64,000 nucleotides of DNA from Octopus sinensis (Eukaryota): positions 45,384,001 through 45,448,000 of the forward strand of contig NC_043014.1 of NCBI RefSeq assembly GCF_006345805.1, in the 5' to 3' direction. The stretch's first letter is position 1. Each line of letters starts with the position of its first letter. A program made the translations under genes and the position numbers. Positions 37,301 through 50,100 of the stretch are shown piece after piece. A model generated the notes under the pieces. It was not told the origin of the DNA. It saw only the letters and a program-made list of their open reading frames with translations, and searched no databases.

Positions 37301-40300
37301 ATGCCATTGCTTCTGTATTTTTTTGCTTTTTTTTTAGTTGTTTGCTCAATGTATCCAAATACACCTGTCCAAGATGTAAAGCCGTTTACTGTTCTGTCAG
37401 CTGCTACCGAAGTGAAAAACACCTCCAATGCTCTGAATCGTTTTACAAGAACTGTGTCACCGAGGGACTGGTGGACCTTGCCGTCAGGTTAGGTATTTTG
37501 CTGTTTCCCTTTTGGGATTTTAATGTGTAGTGGAGAGCTGAACCATCCTGAGGTACAGAGGATTCGCAATCTAGACTAGGGTCTGAAAGTTTACCACACC
37601 ATAGTGTGGGTTACACCATGGTTCCTTTGCTTTGTGACAGAAGTATGAAGAAAGAGTGAGAGAAAGTTGTGGTGAAAGAGTACCCCCCGAGGAAGCCTCG
37701 TAGAGCTTAGGTATTTTTACTCAAGAAACACTCACAATGCGCGGTCTGGGAATCGAAACTGCGTTCTTACGACCACGAGTCTGCTGCCCTAACCACTGGG
37801 CCATTGCGCCTCCACTGCTGTTGTTGTCTAAATGAGCTGTCCAGCTCTGCTCAACTAAACTCATGATTCTTAGAATGATCTAGATTCTAGTTGGGTTCTG
37901 ATATCAGTGGTGTAGCTAGATTGTGTGCCACTTGAGGCAGCCCTTGAGTTTTCCACCATAAACTTTTACAGGATTATACAGCTGACCCAGAACCCCTCCG
38001 TTCTTAAAAGCATCTGGTGTAGACCCCAGGTCCTAAGCTATGCTATTATCTGATGTTTGCAAAGGGATTTATGTGGCACAAATAATTTCATCTTCTATTT
38101 GTGAACTACTTTTTTTCTTCAATTGTATTTATGTTGTGTTTTTGGTTTTACAGTCAATCAGAAAGAGAAAAGATGATTGAAATTCTGAAGAAAGCTTCTG
38201 AAGCTGATGATGATGATTATGAAGACTCTGATGAGGGTAAAGTCATATAGTCACTTTGACATTTTACTTCTTAATTGCTTAGTCTCTGTTGCTGTTCTTG
38301 GTGCTGCTGTTATTATGGATGTTACAGGGCAGCAGTGGATAATATTTTCCCATCAAAATTCTAAATAGTAGTTGTGATACCTGTGCCGGTGGCACGTAAA
38401 AAGCACCATCCGAACGTGGCCGATGCCAGTGCCGCTGTGACTGGCCTCTGTGCCGGTGGCACGTAAAAAGCACCAACTGATTGTGGCCGCTGCCAGCCTC
38501 CCCTGGCCCCCGTGCTGGTGGCATGTAAAAAGCACCAACCGATCGTGGCCGCTTGCTAGCATCCTCTGGCACCTGTACCGGTGGCACATAAAAAGCACCC
38601 ACTACACTCACGGAGTGGTTGGCGTTAGGAAGGGCATCCAGCTGTAGAAAGACTGCCAGATCAGACTGGAGCCTGGTGCAGCCTCCTGGCTTCCCAGACC
38701 CCGGTCGAACCGTCCAACCCATGCTAGCATGGAAAACGGACGTTAAATGATGATGATGATGATTTCATTTGAGAATTTGTAAGAAATTGGAGGGACTGAA
38801 AGTTCAACAATGCCACCTCTAAGAAACTGTTTGGTCTCCTTAAAAATTTAAACAAGGAAAGAAAAAAAGTGAGTTGTAGTAATTGGTTTCAAATCTTTGT
38901 AAAGTTGGGAAAAGATGTGAACAAGGATTATCTGCATAGGAACAGTCCAAACATATATTTTACTCTTTTACTTGTTTCAGTCATTTGACTGTGGCCATGC
39001 TGGAGCAGCGCCTTAAGTCGAGCAAATCGACCCCAGGACTTATTCTTTGTAAGCCTAGTACTTATTCTATCTGTCTCTTTTGCCGAACTGCTAAGTTACG
39101 GGGACGTAAACACACCAGCATCGGTTGTCAAGCGATGTTGGGGGCACAAACACAGACACGCAAACATATATATATGTATATATATACATATATACGATGG
39201 GCTTCTTTCAGTTTCCGTCTACCAAATCCACTCACAAGGCTTTGGTCGGCCCGAGGCTATAGTAGAAGACACTTGCCCAAGGTACCACGTAGTGGGACTG
39301 AACCCGGAACCATATGGTTGGTAAGCAAGATGCTTACCACACAGCCACTCCTACACCTGTAAATGATTTTCCAACTTTGAATATAACAATCAGGCTATTC
39401 AAAAAAGTCATATTCCAGGATTAAAGAGGAGATACTATTATGGCGGAATCGGCATGCCAGACAAAATACTCAGTGACATTTTGTCTGTCTTTATGTTCTG
39501 AGTTTAAATTCTACCAAAGTCAACTTTGCCTTTCATCCTTTTGGGGTTAATAAAATAGGTATCAGTTGAACACTGGTGATGATGTACTTAACTGGCCCCT
39601 CCCTCAAAACGTCACGCCTTGTGCTTTAGTAGAAAGAATTATTATTATTATTATTATTATTGAGTGAGAGAGCAGTGCATGCCATCAAAGTGACACTGGG
39701 TTAAAATATACGAAGCCCAATATACCCATCATGACTACCCGTCTGATAAGGGTACACCAGGCACATGCATCACAACCATATGTGCGCGACATGGTGATCT
39801 CATATCAAGATAAACAGCGCATTACTTTGCAGGTGGGGCCCAGTTAGAATTTTCTTATGGTCGAGTAGCCCATCCCGCTCAAAAGGTCCCTGAATAAAGG
39901 TTGGTTAAGGATGTTGAACGAAGCACCCATGTTTCCAGAGGTGAATTATTCAAACCCCAAAGAATCTCTCTCAACACAGGTATGATGCTCCCCACTACTT
40001 CTCATGATCAGAGATGCACATATTGTCAGCCACAAAGGGACATTTTCAACTGATTACGGTCAAACAACTGATAAAGCAAATCTGTGGTATTGAGCAGAAT
40101 ATTTGCTGTAGCCCATCTTTTATACCAAGACAAAACAATGTACATGATAACACTTCCAATCAGGGCAGAATTGTTAGGGCATCGGGTAAAATATCTTGCA
40201 GTATTTCTTCTGGCTTTCTATGTTCAGGTTCAAATCCTGCTTAGGCTAAGTAATAAAGCAACTATCAAGAACTGGATTTGATATAATTGACCAACTCTCT

Positions 40301-43289
40301 TCCCACAAAACTGCTGGCCCCTTGCCTTAACTGGAAATAATTACTATTATTACCTTAGCAGTTAGGGCGCCAAGCTGGCAGAATCGTTAGCATGCTGGAC
40401 AAAATGCTTAGTGGTATTTCACCCATTGTCTGCCGTTACATTATGAGTTCAAATTCCGCCAAGGTCGATTAAATAAGTACCAGTTACGCACTGGGGTCGA
40501 TGTAATCGACTTCATCCGTTTGTCTGTCCTTGTTTGTCCCCTCTGTGTTTAGCCCCTTGTGGGTAGTAAAGAAATAGGTATTTCACCCATTGCTACATTC
40601 TGAGTTCAAATTCTGCCAAAGTCAACTTTACCTTTCATCCTTTCAGGGTCAATAAAATAAGTACCAGTAATTGACTCAACCCCTCCCCCAAAACTGCTAC
40701 CCTTGTGTCAAAATTTGAAACCATTATTACCTTAGCAGTCAAGTTGGAGCATCAGTTGAGAGTAAGTTTAAATATTCCTCACCTGTTGACATTTTTATTC
40801 TGTCCTAAAATTTTTCAATTGAATTCCCATCTTATTTGCAGAGGGATGCAGTCTGGCTGATCGTCTTACTGGCCTGGATTTAGGTAAGTCCCTTCTTGTA
40901 CTTTTATTTTGGTTTCTGAGGGTCACACTGTGTCACTACTGAATCCAAATCTCACAACAGTCAACTTGAGGTTTTCCTGTTCAATACAGGTTTCAAGGTT
41001 TGCTTTAGTCTACGTAGCAGAAAATGGCTTTTGCACCAACATATTTAATGGATCAATCGAATATGTACTGGAGGTTGATTCAGTCTACTAAAATTCTTCA
41101 AAACAGTACCCCAGCACTCCCCCATATGCTTTAACCCTTTTGATACCAACCCAGCCTTTGGCTCTGTAGTACAAATGCCTTGTTTTTATAAGTATTGAAT
41201 TAAAATCTTCCACCTTAGTCACAATTTATGTTCCTAACACTAGCTGAATCATAACTAAGTTCTTTTACTAAATTCTTTGTTATATTTAAAGTAATTGAAA
41301 GAAACACAGAGCATCTCAAAATAAATACGGTAACGAAAGGGTTAATGCACCAGGCATGGCTGTGAGGTACGAAGCTTTCTTTCCAACCACTGCCAGTGCC
41401 ACTGGACTGGCTCCTGCACAGGTGGCACAAAAAAAGCACCATTTGAACGTTGCCATTGCCAGTACCACCTAGCTGGCCCTCGTACCAGTGGCACGTAAAA
41501 GCACCCACTACATTCTCAGAGTGGTTGGCGTTAGGAAAGGCATGCAGCTGTAGAAACTCTGCTAGATCAGATTGGAGCCTGGTGCAGCCATCTGGTTCGC
41601 CAGACCTCAGTCAAATCGTCCAACCCATGCTAGCATGGAAAGCGGACGTTAAACGATGATGATGATGATGGTTCCGAGTTCAGTCCCACTGTGTAACACT
41701 GTGGGCAAGTGTCTCCTAGTACCGCCTTGGGCCAACCAAAGCTTTGTGAGTGGATTTAGCAGACAGAAACTGAAAGAGGCCCGTCGTATGTGTGTGCGTG
41801 CGTTTTTGTGTCTGTACTGCACCACCACCGCTTGACAACCAGTGTTGGTGTATTTACGTCCCCATAACTTAGCGGTTTGGCAAAAGTACCCAATAGAATA
41901 AGTACTGGGGTAGATTCATTCGATTAAAAATTCTTCAAGACTGAAACAAATAAAAAGATTAAAGATACGCTGCTGAAACTGGGCTGCGTCTATTATTATC
42001 ATTGAGTCAATCTTGGGGTGGAATTTGAACTCAGAACACGTGGATGCCAAGAAACACGGCAATGAAGATTACTTTCTCAGCGATAAGGTTAACTAGAATC
42101 GGTGACGGTGTAAGGGCGATAACTCCGAAACTGCAGTTAATTGCGCCTACAGAAAATGGGGGTTTAACGTTTCAGGATATGATCATTCGTGGAGAGAAGC
42201 TAGGATGTTGAACTTGGCTACTTGTTGTTTGATAAACTGGGAGATTAATATCCTACTTGGAAACACGGGGAGCTGGCAGATTCATTACCGCAGCTGGCAA
42301 GATGCTTAGTGGCATTTTGTCCGTCCATGCGTTCTGAGTTCGAATTCCACCCCAAGATTGACTTAATAATAATAATAATTAATTATTTTTATTGGTCACA
42401 AGGGCTGACAGATATGATTGGAAAACATAAAGGGACAAAACAGGACGAAAGGTTACAAAAGGTTTTGTCCGTTTGTGAAAAAAAACGAGTGAAAAGCAGT
42501 TTTAATTATTTTTATTGGTCACAAGGGCTGACAGATATGATTGGAAAACATAAAGGGACAAAACAGGACGAAAGGTTACAAAAGGTTTTGTCCGTTTGTG
42601 AAAAAAAACGAGTGAAAAGCAGTTTAACAATCAAAAATTTTAACAACGAAAAACTCCCAATAGAGGAGACGCTTCAAAAAAAGAAAAGGTCTCACGTGGA
42701 AAAACCCATAAAAGCCACGGGAGCCTGGTCAAAATGGGGGTAGAGAGCCCCCTTTCTCCTTTTATAATACCTTTTTCAATTACAGGCAAAACCTCAGAAT
42801 TGGTCCATTTATACTGGCCATTCTTGCACAATTCACCCACCTTTCAGAAAACAATAATAATGAGCTTTTTATATACAATTGATAGGTCCACATATAACAT
42901 CCCAAGGTACATCTTTTTTTCTCTGATGAAATTATGCTCATGTCACATAAATGCAAATTTAATGTACAAATTTGTAATTAAATCATTGAATATTAATTGA
43001 AACGCTTGTAAGAAGTGAAGATGACCAATTTGTTAATAATAAATAATTATTAACTTCCTTATCTCCATTTTCTTTTCTTTTAACTGTATGTATATATAGA
43101 TATATTTGGCTTAGATTTTCCTTTGGGGCTGGCCAGGTCGGAGCAATCACAAAATTAATCAGCCGAAATTGCGAAGATGATCCGGTTTTTGACTGAAGAT
43201 CGAAGGCTTTGAATGTCCCGTCCGTTTTTTTTGCATCGTCTTCTAAATGTTTTGCGTTCTTGTCCCAGTTTGTGTTTTTTTACATTTAT

Positions 43290-43334
<45 letters not shown>

Positions 43335-46300
43335 TTAGAAAACCTTCAGGAAATAGTAAAAGGTTGTAAGATCACCTACAGGAATTAAATCTCATATCTT
43401 TTACATTCTGGTTTAGATAAAGACACAGACAAGATCTGGGACGTACTTACAAAGCAAGAGAAAGAAGAATTCCAGAAATTGCTCAGGGATGAACAACTTG
43501 GAGGCTTGATAGAATTTTGGTCACCATGGTGGAGCCACAAGGTATGGAATATAACAAACATTTGGAATTAAATTCATAATTATTCATATTTTCTAAATCA
43601 TCATCATCATCATCATCATTATCGTTTAACGTCCACTTTCCATGCTAGCATGGGTTGGACAATTTGGCTAAGGTCTGGCGAACCAGATGGCTGCACCAGA
43701 CTCCAATCTTGATCTGGCAGAGTTTCTACAGCTGGATGCCCTTCCTAATGACAACCACTCCGAGAGTGTAGTGGGTGCTTTTACGTGCCCACCATCATTG
43801 AACTGTGGCCATGCTGGAACATCACTTTCTATGCTGTAGTTGATGGTTGTTTATCTCAGATCTGCACTGACTGAGCAGACACAAGATGAAAAATGCTCCA
43901 GATGTAACTATCTCATCTTTTTGTATATCTAGGATTACATTGTCCACTGTGTCTTTCCTTTCTTTCAAAACAGCAGTATGTGATGTGAGGGATATTTAGC
44001 TGTTATTTCTAGCAGATCGAGTGACTACATGGAGGCTTTCCACATTAGTTTGTCCCCAGTACTTATTCTATCAATTGAGGAAGGATGAAAGGCAAAATTA
44101 TCGTTGCAGGAATTTGAATCTGGGTCAGCATGACACAACCAGATGACACAAGTTATTTCATTTAATGCTCTACCAATTCTGTCATCCAGTCGCAATATGT
44201 TCATAATTTTCTTAATTGCCATAGTTTGCTGTTGTTTAGGCTCAGATCATCCTTAGACAGAATTATGATCAAACCATTTCAGCAACAATTGTCCTGCCTT
44301 TTCAGAGCTGTTTATCTCCTCCTCCTCCTCCTCCCCCTCATCATCATCATCATCATCATCATCACCACTACCATGTTGTTGTTGTCGTTCAGGGTGATGG
44401 ACTGACAGAATTTATTGAAGCTCTTGGCATTCTCAGTTCAAATCCTGCCAAAGTCAACTTTGCCTTTCATATGATCCAAAGTCAATGAAATAAAATATCA
44501 GTCAAGTATTGGGATTGATCACCCCCACCACCAACCTATTCTCTCTCTCTTTCTTCCCCCCACTCTCTCTCTTACACAGAATTGGCTGCACTGTGAGAAA
44601 GATGTTGGGAGACCATTCACAGCATTTCTTTCCTTCAGCACAATTACATACCTTCTCTTGCAATGGAAGAATATGGTCATCAAACCTCTGGCAGAATATG
44701 GCATATGATGATGATGGCAGCAGTGGGGGTGTGGGGTGTGCATCATCATTTTAGCAAAGGAACTAGTTATGTGGTTAAGAAGGCTGCTTTGCAGTCTTCT
44801 GGTTCCAGGTTCGATCTCACTGCACAGCATCTCCCTTTAGCAAGTGTCTTCAATTATAGTCTCAGGTCAAATGAAACCAAACTTTGTGAGAGAAATTTGG
44901 TTAGACAGAAACTGGGAAACTGAATCTTTCACCCTATTTAACACCTCCATCTTCCCCTTTAACTAAACATCAGCTAAATATTGTGATATAATTAGCCAGT
45001 GCTCCAATATTTTTGCCTTTGTTAACGATATAAATTAATCATAGCATGAAAAGCCAGTAAATGTTAAAAAGTATCCAGTCCACTCTCTGAAGTGGTTGGC
45101 ATTTGGAAAGGCATCCAGCTGTAAAAACCACGCCAAAACCGACTTTGCCTGTGATGGTGCCATGTAAAAAGCTCTCGGTCCGCTCTGCTGTGCAGTTGGT
45201 GTTAGGAAAGGCATCCAACCATAAAAACCATGCCAAAACAGACACAGTTGCCTGCGGTAGTCTTCCACCTGGTTGGCTCCTGCCAAACTGTCCAACCCAT
45301 GCCAGCATGGAAAAGCAGATGTTAAACAAATGAACATGTAACATCACTATCAGCTCTGACCCTCTCTTCGTTTCCCTTCCTTCTCTTTACCTACAACCCA
45401 CCCTGTCTTCCTTTCCTCCTTTGTAAAATATATGAGGCCCAGTATACCCATCATGACTACCCGTCTGATAAGGGTACACCAGGCACATACATCACAACCA
45501 TATGTACACGACATAGTGATCTCATATCAAGATAAACAGTGCATTACTTTGCAGGTGGGGCCCAGTTAGAATTTTCTTACCATCTGATCGTGGCCGTTTG
45601 CCAGCCTCGTCTGGCACGTAAAAAGCACCCACTACACTCATGGAGTGGTTGGCGTTAGGAAGGGCATCCAGCTGTAGAAACATTGCCAGATCAGACTGGG
45701 CCTGGTGCAGCCTTCTGGCTTCCCAGACCCCAGTTGAACCGTCCAACCCATGCTAGCATGGAAAGCGGATGCTAAAAGATGAGCAGCCCATCCTGCTCAA
45801 AAGGTCCCTGAATAAGGGTTGGTTAAGGATGTTGAACGAAACACCCATGTTTCCAGAGGTGAATTATTCAAACCCCAAAGAATCCCTCTCAACACATGGC
45901 TATGATGCTCCCCACCACTACTAAGCTGATGAAGAATCCTAAATTTTGTTTTTCGTTTCTTTTAAAAAATCCCATTGAAATATGATTTTTAATTTATTTC
46001 ATACAGGAGACATCAAAAGTGGAAGACTTGGATGCTGATATGAAACCTGATAAAGCATTCCCTCAGTTGTATAAGGATATACCTCACATCTCCCAAATCC
46101 TCAAGGTACAAAAGCCCCTTTTACTCTATAACTAAATTATTTTTATTTTCCTGATTTTTTGCTTTACTAACCCATCAACGTTTAATCCATTGCCTGCCAT
46201 GAGCCCCATTTAGGGATCTGCTAAAAACAGTCTCACTGCTGGTTGTTCGTTGTATTTAAAGTAAATTGCTTATGTACATTGCCGCTAGAAGCTAGGATCA

Positions 46301-47106
46301 CCAAGCATAGATTGGCATATTTCGGTCATATTATGCGGAGAAAATCCCTGGAATGCTCAGAATGGTCAGTGGCAAGAGAGGAAGAGGCCGACCAAGAACC
46401 CACTGGCTTGACACCATCAAGAGTGATACCGGAATGGACATAGGCGGCGAGCTGGCAGAAACGTTAGCACGTCGGGCGAAATGCTTAGCGGTATTTCGTC
46501 TGCCGTTACGTTGTGAGTTCAAATTCCGCCGAGGTCGACTTTACCTTTCATCCTTTCAGGGTCGATAAATTGAGTACCAGTTACGCACTGGGGTCGATAT
46601 AATCGACTTAATACCTATGTCTGTCCTTGTTTGTTCCCTCTATATTTAGCCCCTTGTGGGTAATAAAGAAATAGGAATGGACATAGCCAATCTGAAAGAA
46701 GCGGCCCAGGATAGAACTGACTGTAGGACACTGATCCAATACTGAGAGTCGACTTCGACTGAGCGGATAGAGAGAGATTTAACAGTATTTAGTACTTAAA
46801 GTTTGTCATTCTTAGCTCTGGCTAATTCTAGAGGACATTTTATATCATAAACCGCAATTTGAGAACTACAAAAATATCGACTGTTTCGAAAACGTTTTTT
46901 TTTTTTTGCATTTCTCATCTATATCATTCATTGATATTTCATAGTTATTTTGACTGTGGCCATGCTGGAGCACTGCCTTTAGTCAAGCAAATCGACCCCA
47001 GGACTTATTCTTTGTAAGCCTAGTGCTTATTCCATCGGTCTCTTTCGCCGAACTGCTAAGTTACGGGGACGTAAACACACCAGCATCAGTTGTCAAGCAA
47101 TGTTGG

Positions 47107-47147
<41 letters not shown>

Positions 47148-50100
47148 CATATGTATATACTATGGGCTTCTTTCAGTTTCCGTCCACCAAATCCACTCAC
47201 AAGGCTTTGGTCGGCCCGAGGCTATAGTAGAAGACACTTGCCCAAGGTGCTACGCAGTGAGACTGAACCTGGAACCATATGGTTGGTAAGCAAGCTACTT
47301 ACCACACAGCCACTCCTGCACCTATAATGTAGAGCTAACAGTTTGTATAATGACACTATTTCTTTTCCTTTTGTTGCAGAACAGTAAGCCATCAAGTGAT
47401 CTAAGATTCACCGTAATCAGCACCGTTTATTCCTACGCTTATATCTGCCGGTTGCATAATGGTGACCACTTGAACACTCCGTTAGACTGTGCTAATGTAA
47501 GGAATCCAATTTTCATTTTCAATTCTTTAACCCTTTTGATACCAACCCACCTGAGACTGCTCCTAGTTCTCAGATGCAAACTTTTTGTCTTAAATGATTT
47601 AAGTTTAAACCTTACTTCAATCATCATCATCATCATCGTTTAACGTCCATTTTTCGCGCTAGCACGGGTTGGACGGTTCGACCGGGGTCTGGGAAGCCAG
47701 GGGCTGCACCAGGCTCCAGTCTGATCTGGCAGAGTTTCTACAGCTGGATGCCCTTCCTAATGCCAACCACTCCACAAGTGTAGTGGATGCTTTTTACGTG
47801 CCACCTGCACAGGTGCCAGGGGGTCCGACATCGGCCACGATCGGTTGGAGCTTTTAATGTACCACCGGCACAGAAGTCAGCCAAGGCGGCGCTGGCAATA
47901 TTACATGTTAATTTATGTTCCAAAAACTGGCTTAATAATGCCAGTTATTTTAATAAATTCATCAATATTTTCAAAATTAATTAAAAGTAAGGCAGTATAT
48001 TTCAACAGAAATATGGTTACAAAAGGGTTAAATCTGAATTTCAACTTTATATTTTTCATTGCTCTTTCAATAGATTTTGCTGTGTTCAATCCTGATATGG
48101 TCGATGGAGCTCTGACCCAAAACCACCATTTTTTCTTTATCTGTCTTGCTCTTTTTGTCTGTCCATATCTTTCTATCTTTTACTCTCTTTCTCTCCCTAT
48201 CAATATTTTTATATTTGTCTTTTAGTTTCTCTTTTTTATTCCCCTCGCCCCTCTCTCTCTCTATATATATATACTGAAATACTTAAAATCATATTCAACA
48301 ATAACTAATATTGTATATTCTTTCTCCTCACTGCATAATTAGTTTCAGTTAGGTTTATAATGCTCCCTACATTAAATATGTCAACACTGGCTTGATAATC
48401 AAAATAAATGACTCTATACTTTCCAGGAAGTCTTACTCCTCTGTGATGTCTTAGATACAACACAAAACTACAGCAGCACAACTGAGGCTCTACATGCTTG
48501 TTTAAACAAAAGTAATGAGGTAAGTAGTCTCTCTCATTAGGGCAATTATTTCTTGGCTTAAAACAGATTTCAAAACACTAGCAGTCATCTTTTATCCTCT
48601 ATTTTATTTTTATTTGTTCATTTATTTATTTAGCTATCTGGATCTTTTCGGTTTGAATGGCAGTTTTTTCTAGTGGTGTCATATGAAATTGTCACCCATA
48701 ATTATGACCCTAGTATCGATCTATTGCATTTCAATCTGTTTTAGGGTTAGGGGTGGGGGGAAAGGGTATCTTGTTTTCTTCCCAAACATAAATAAACCCA
48801 ATCTGTTTCTTAAACGAGGGACATATTCATACGGCACAGAATGTTTTTTTTACCTCAATAGACGTCACTGATTGGTTGAAATTGCAGAAATTGAAGAAAA
48901 AACAACAAATATCTTACAAAGTATAGAATTTTCTCAATAAAACCAAGAAAAAAAGATGTTTTATAAACACATTCTACCAGTATGCAAAGTTTTAAAATGT
49001 TTAGTTACGTGGAAATTATTTTAAAAAGCTGCCGTTGAAACCGAAAAGATCCAGCTATCTTTATTCGCATTAATTTGTGAGTATACAACTATATCCTATA
49101 ATGGTTTCAAATTTTGGCACAAAACCAGTCAATTTGTGGAGAGGGACTAAGTCGATTACATTGACCCCAGTGTAGGAGTGGCTGTGTAGTAAGTAGCTTG
49201 CTAACGAACCACATGGTTCTGGGTTCAGTCCCACTGCATGGCACCTTGGGCAAGTGTCTTCTACTATAGCCTCGGGCCAACCAAAGCCTTGTGAGTGGAT
49301 TTGGTAGACGGAAACTGAAAGAAGCCCATCATATATATGTATGTGTGTGTATATATTTGTGTCTGTGTTTGTCCCCCCAACATCACTTGACAACCGATGC
49401 TGGTGTGTTTACGTCCCCGTAACTTAGTGGTTCGACAAAAGAGACTGATAGAATAAGTACTGGGCTTACAAAGAATAAGTCCTGGGGTTGATTTGCTTGA
49501 CTAAAGGTGGTGCTCCAGCATGGCCACAGTTAAATGTCTGAAAGATGTAAAAGAATAAAAGAGTAACCCCAAAAGGATGAAAGGCAAAGTTGACCACAGT
49601 GACATCTCAACTCAGAACATAAAGATGGTTCCAAATTAGATTGGAGCCTGCTGCACCTCCCTAGCTTATCGGTTCTCGGTCAAACCATCCAACCCATGCC
49701 AGCATGGAAAATGGATGTTAAACGATGATGATGTTCTTGCAATTCTGCCTACTCACCGCCTTAATTATTATTGTATAATGCCAAACAAATATTAATGCAA
49801 ACACGTAGACATAATTTCTACCACATCGAGATTAATACTACATGAAGAAGACTGCGAAACGGCTGTAACCTAATGGAATACAAGTGGTTAAATAAATATA
49901 TATACAGCTTCTGGCTGTAACCCAAATACCACAAGATATACTTGTATTATGTTTGATATCCTGTGGAGGCACATCGCCTAGTGGTTAGAGCAGCGGACTC
50001 GCGGTCGAGAGATTGCGGGTTCAAATCTCAGACCGGGCGATGTGTGTGTTTATGAGCAAAACACCTAAGCTCCACGCAGCTCCGGAAGAAGGTAATGGCG

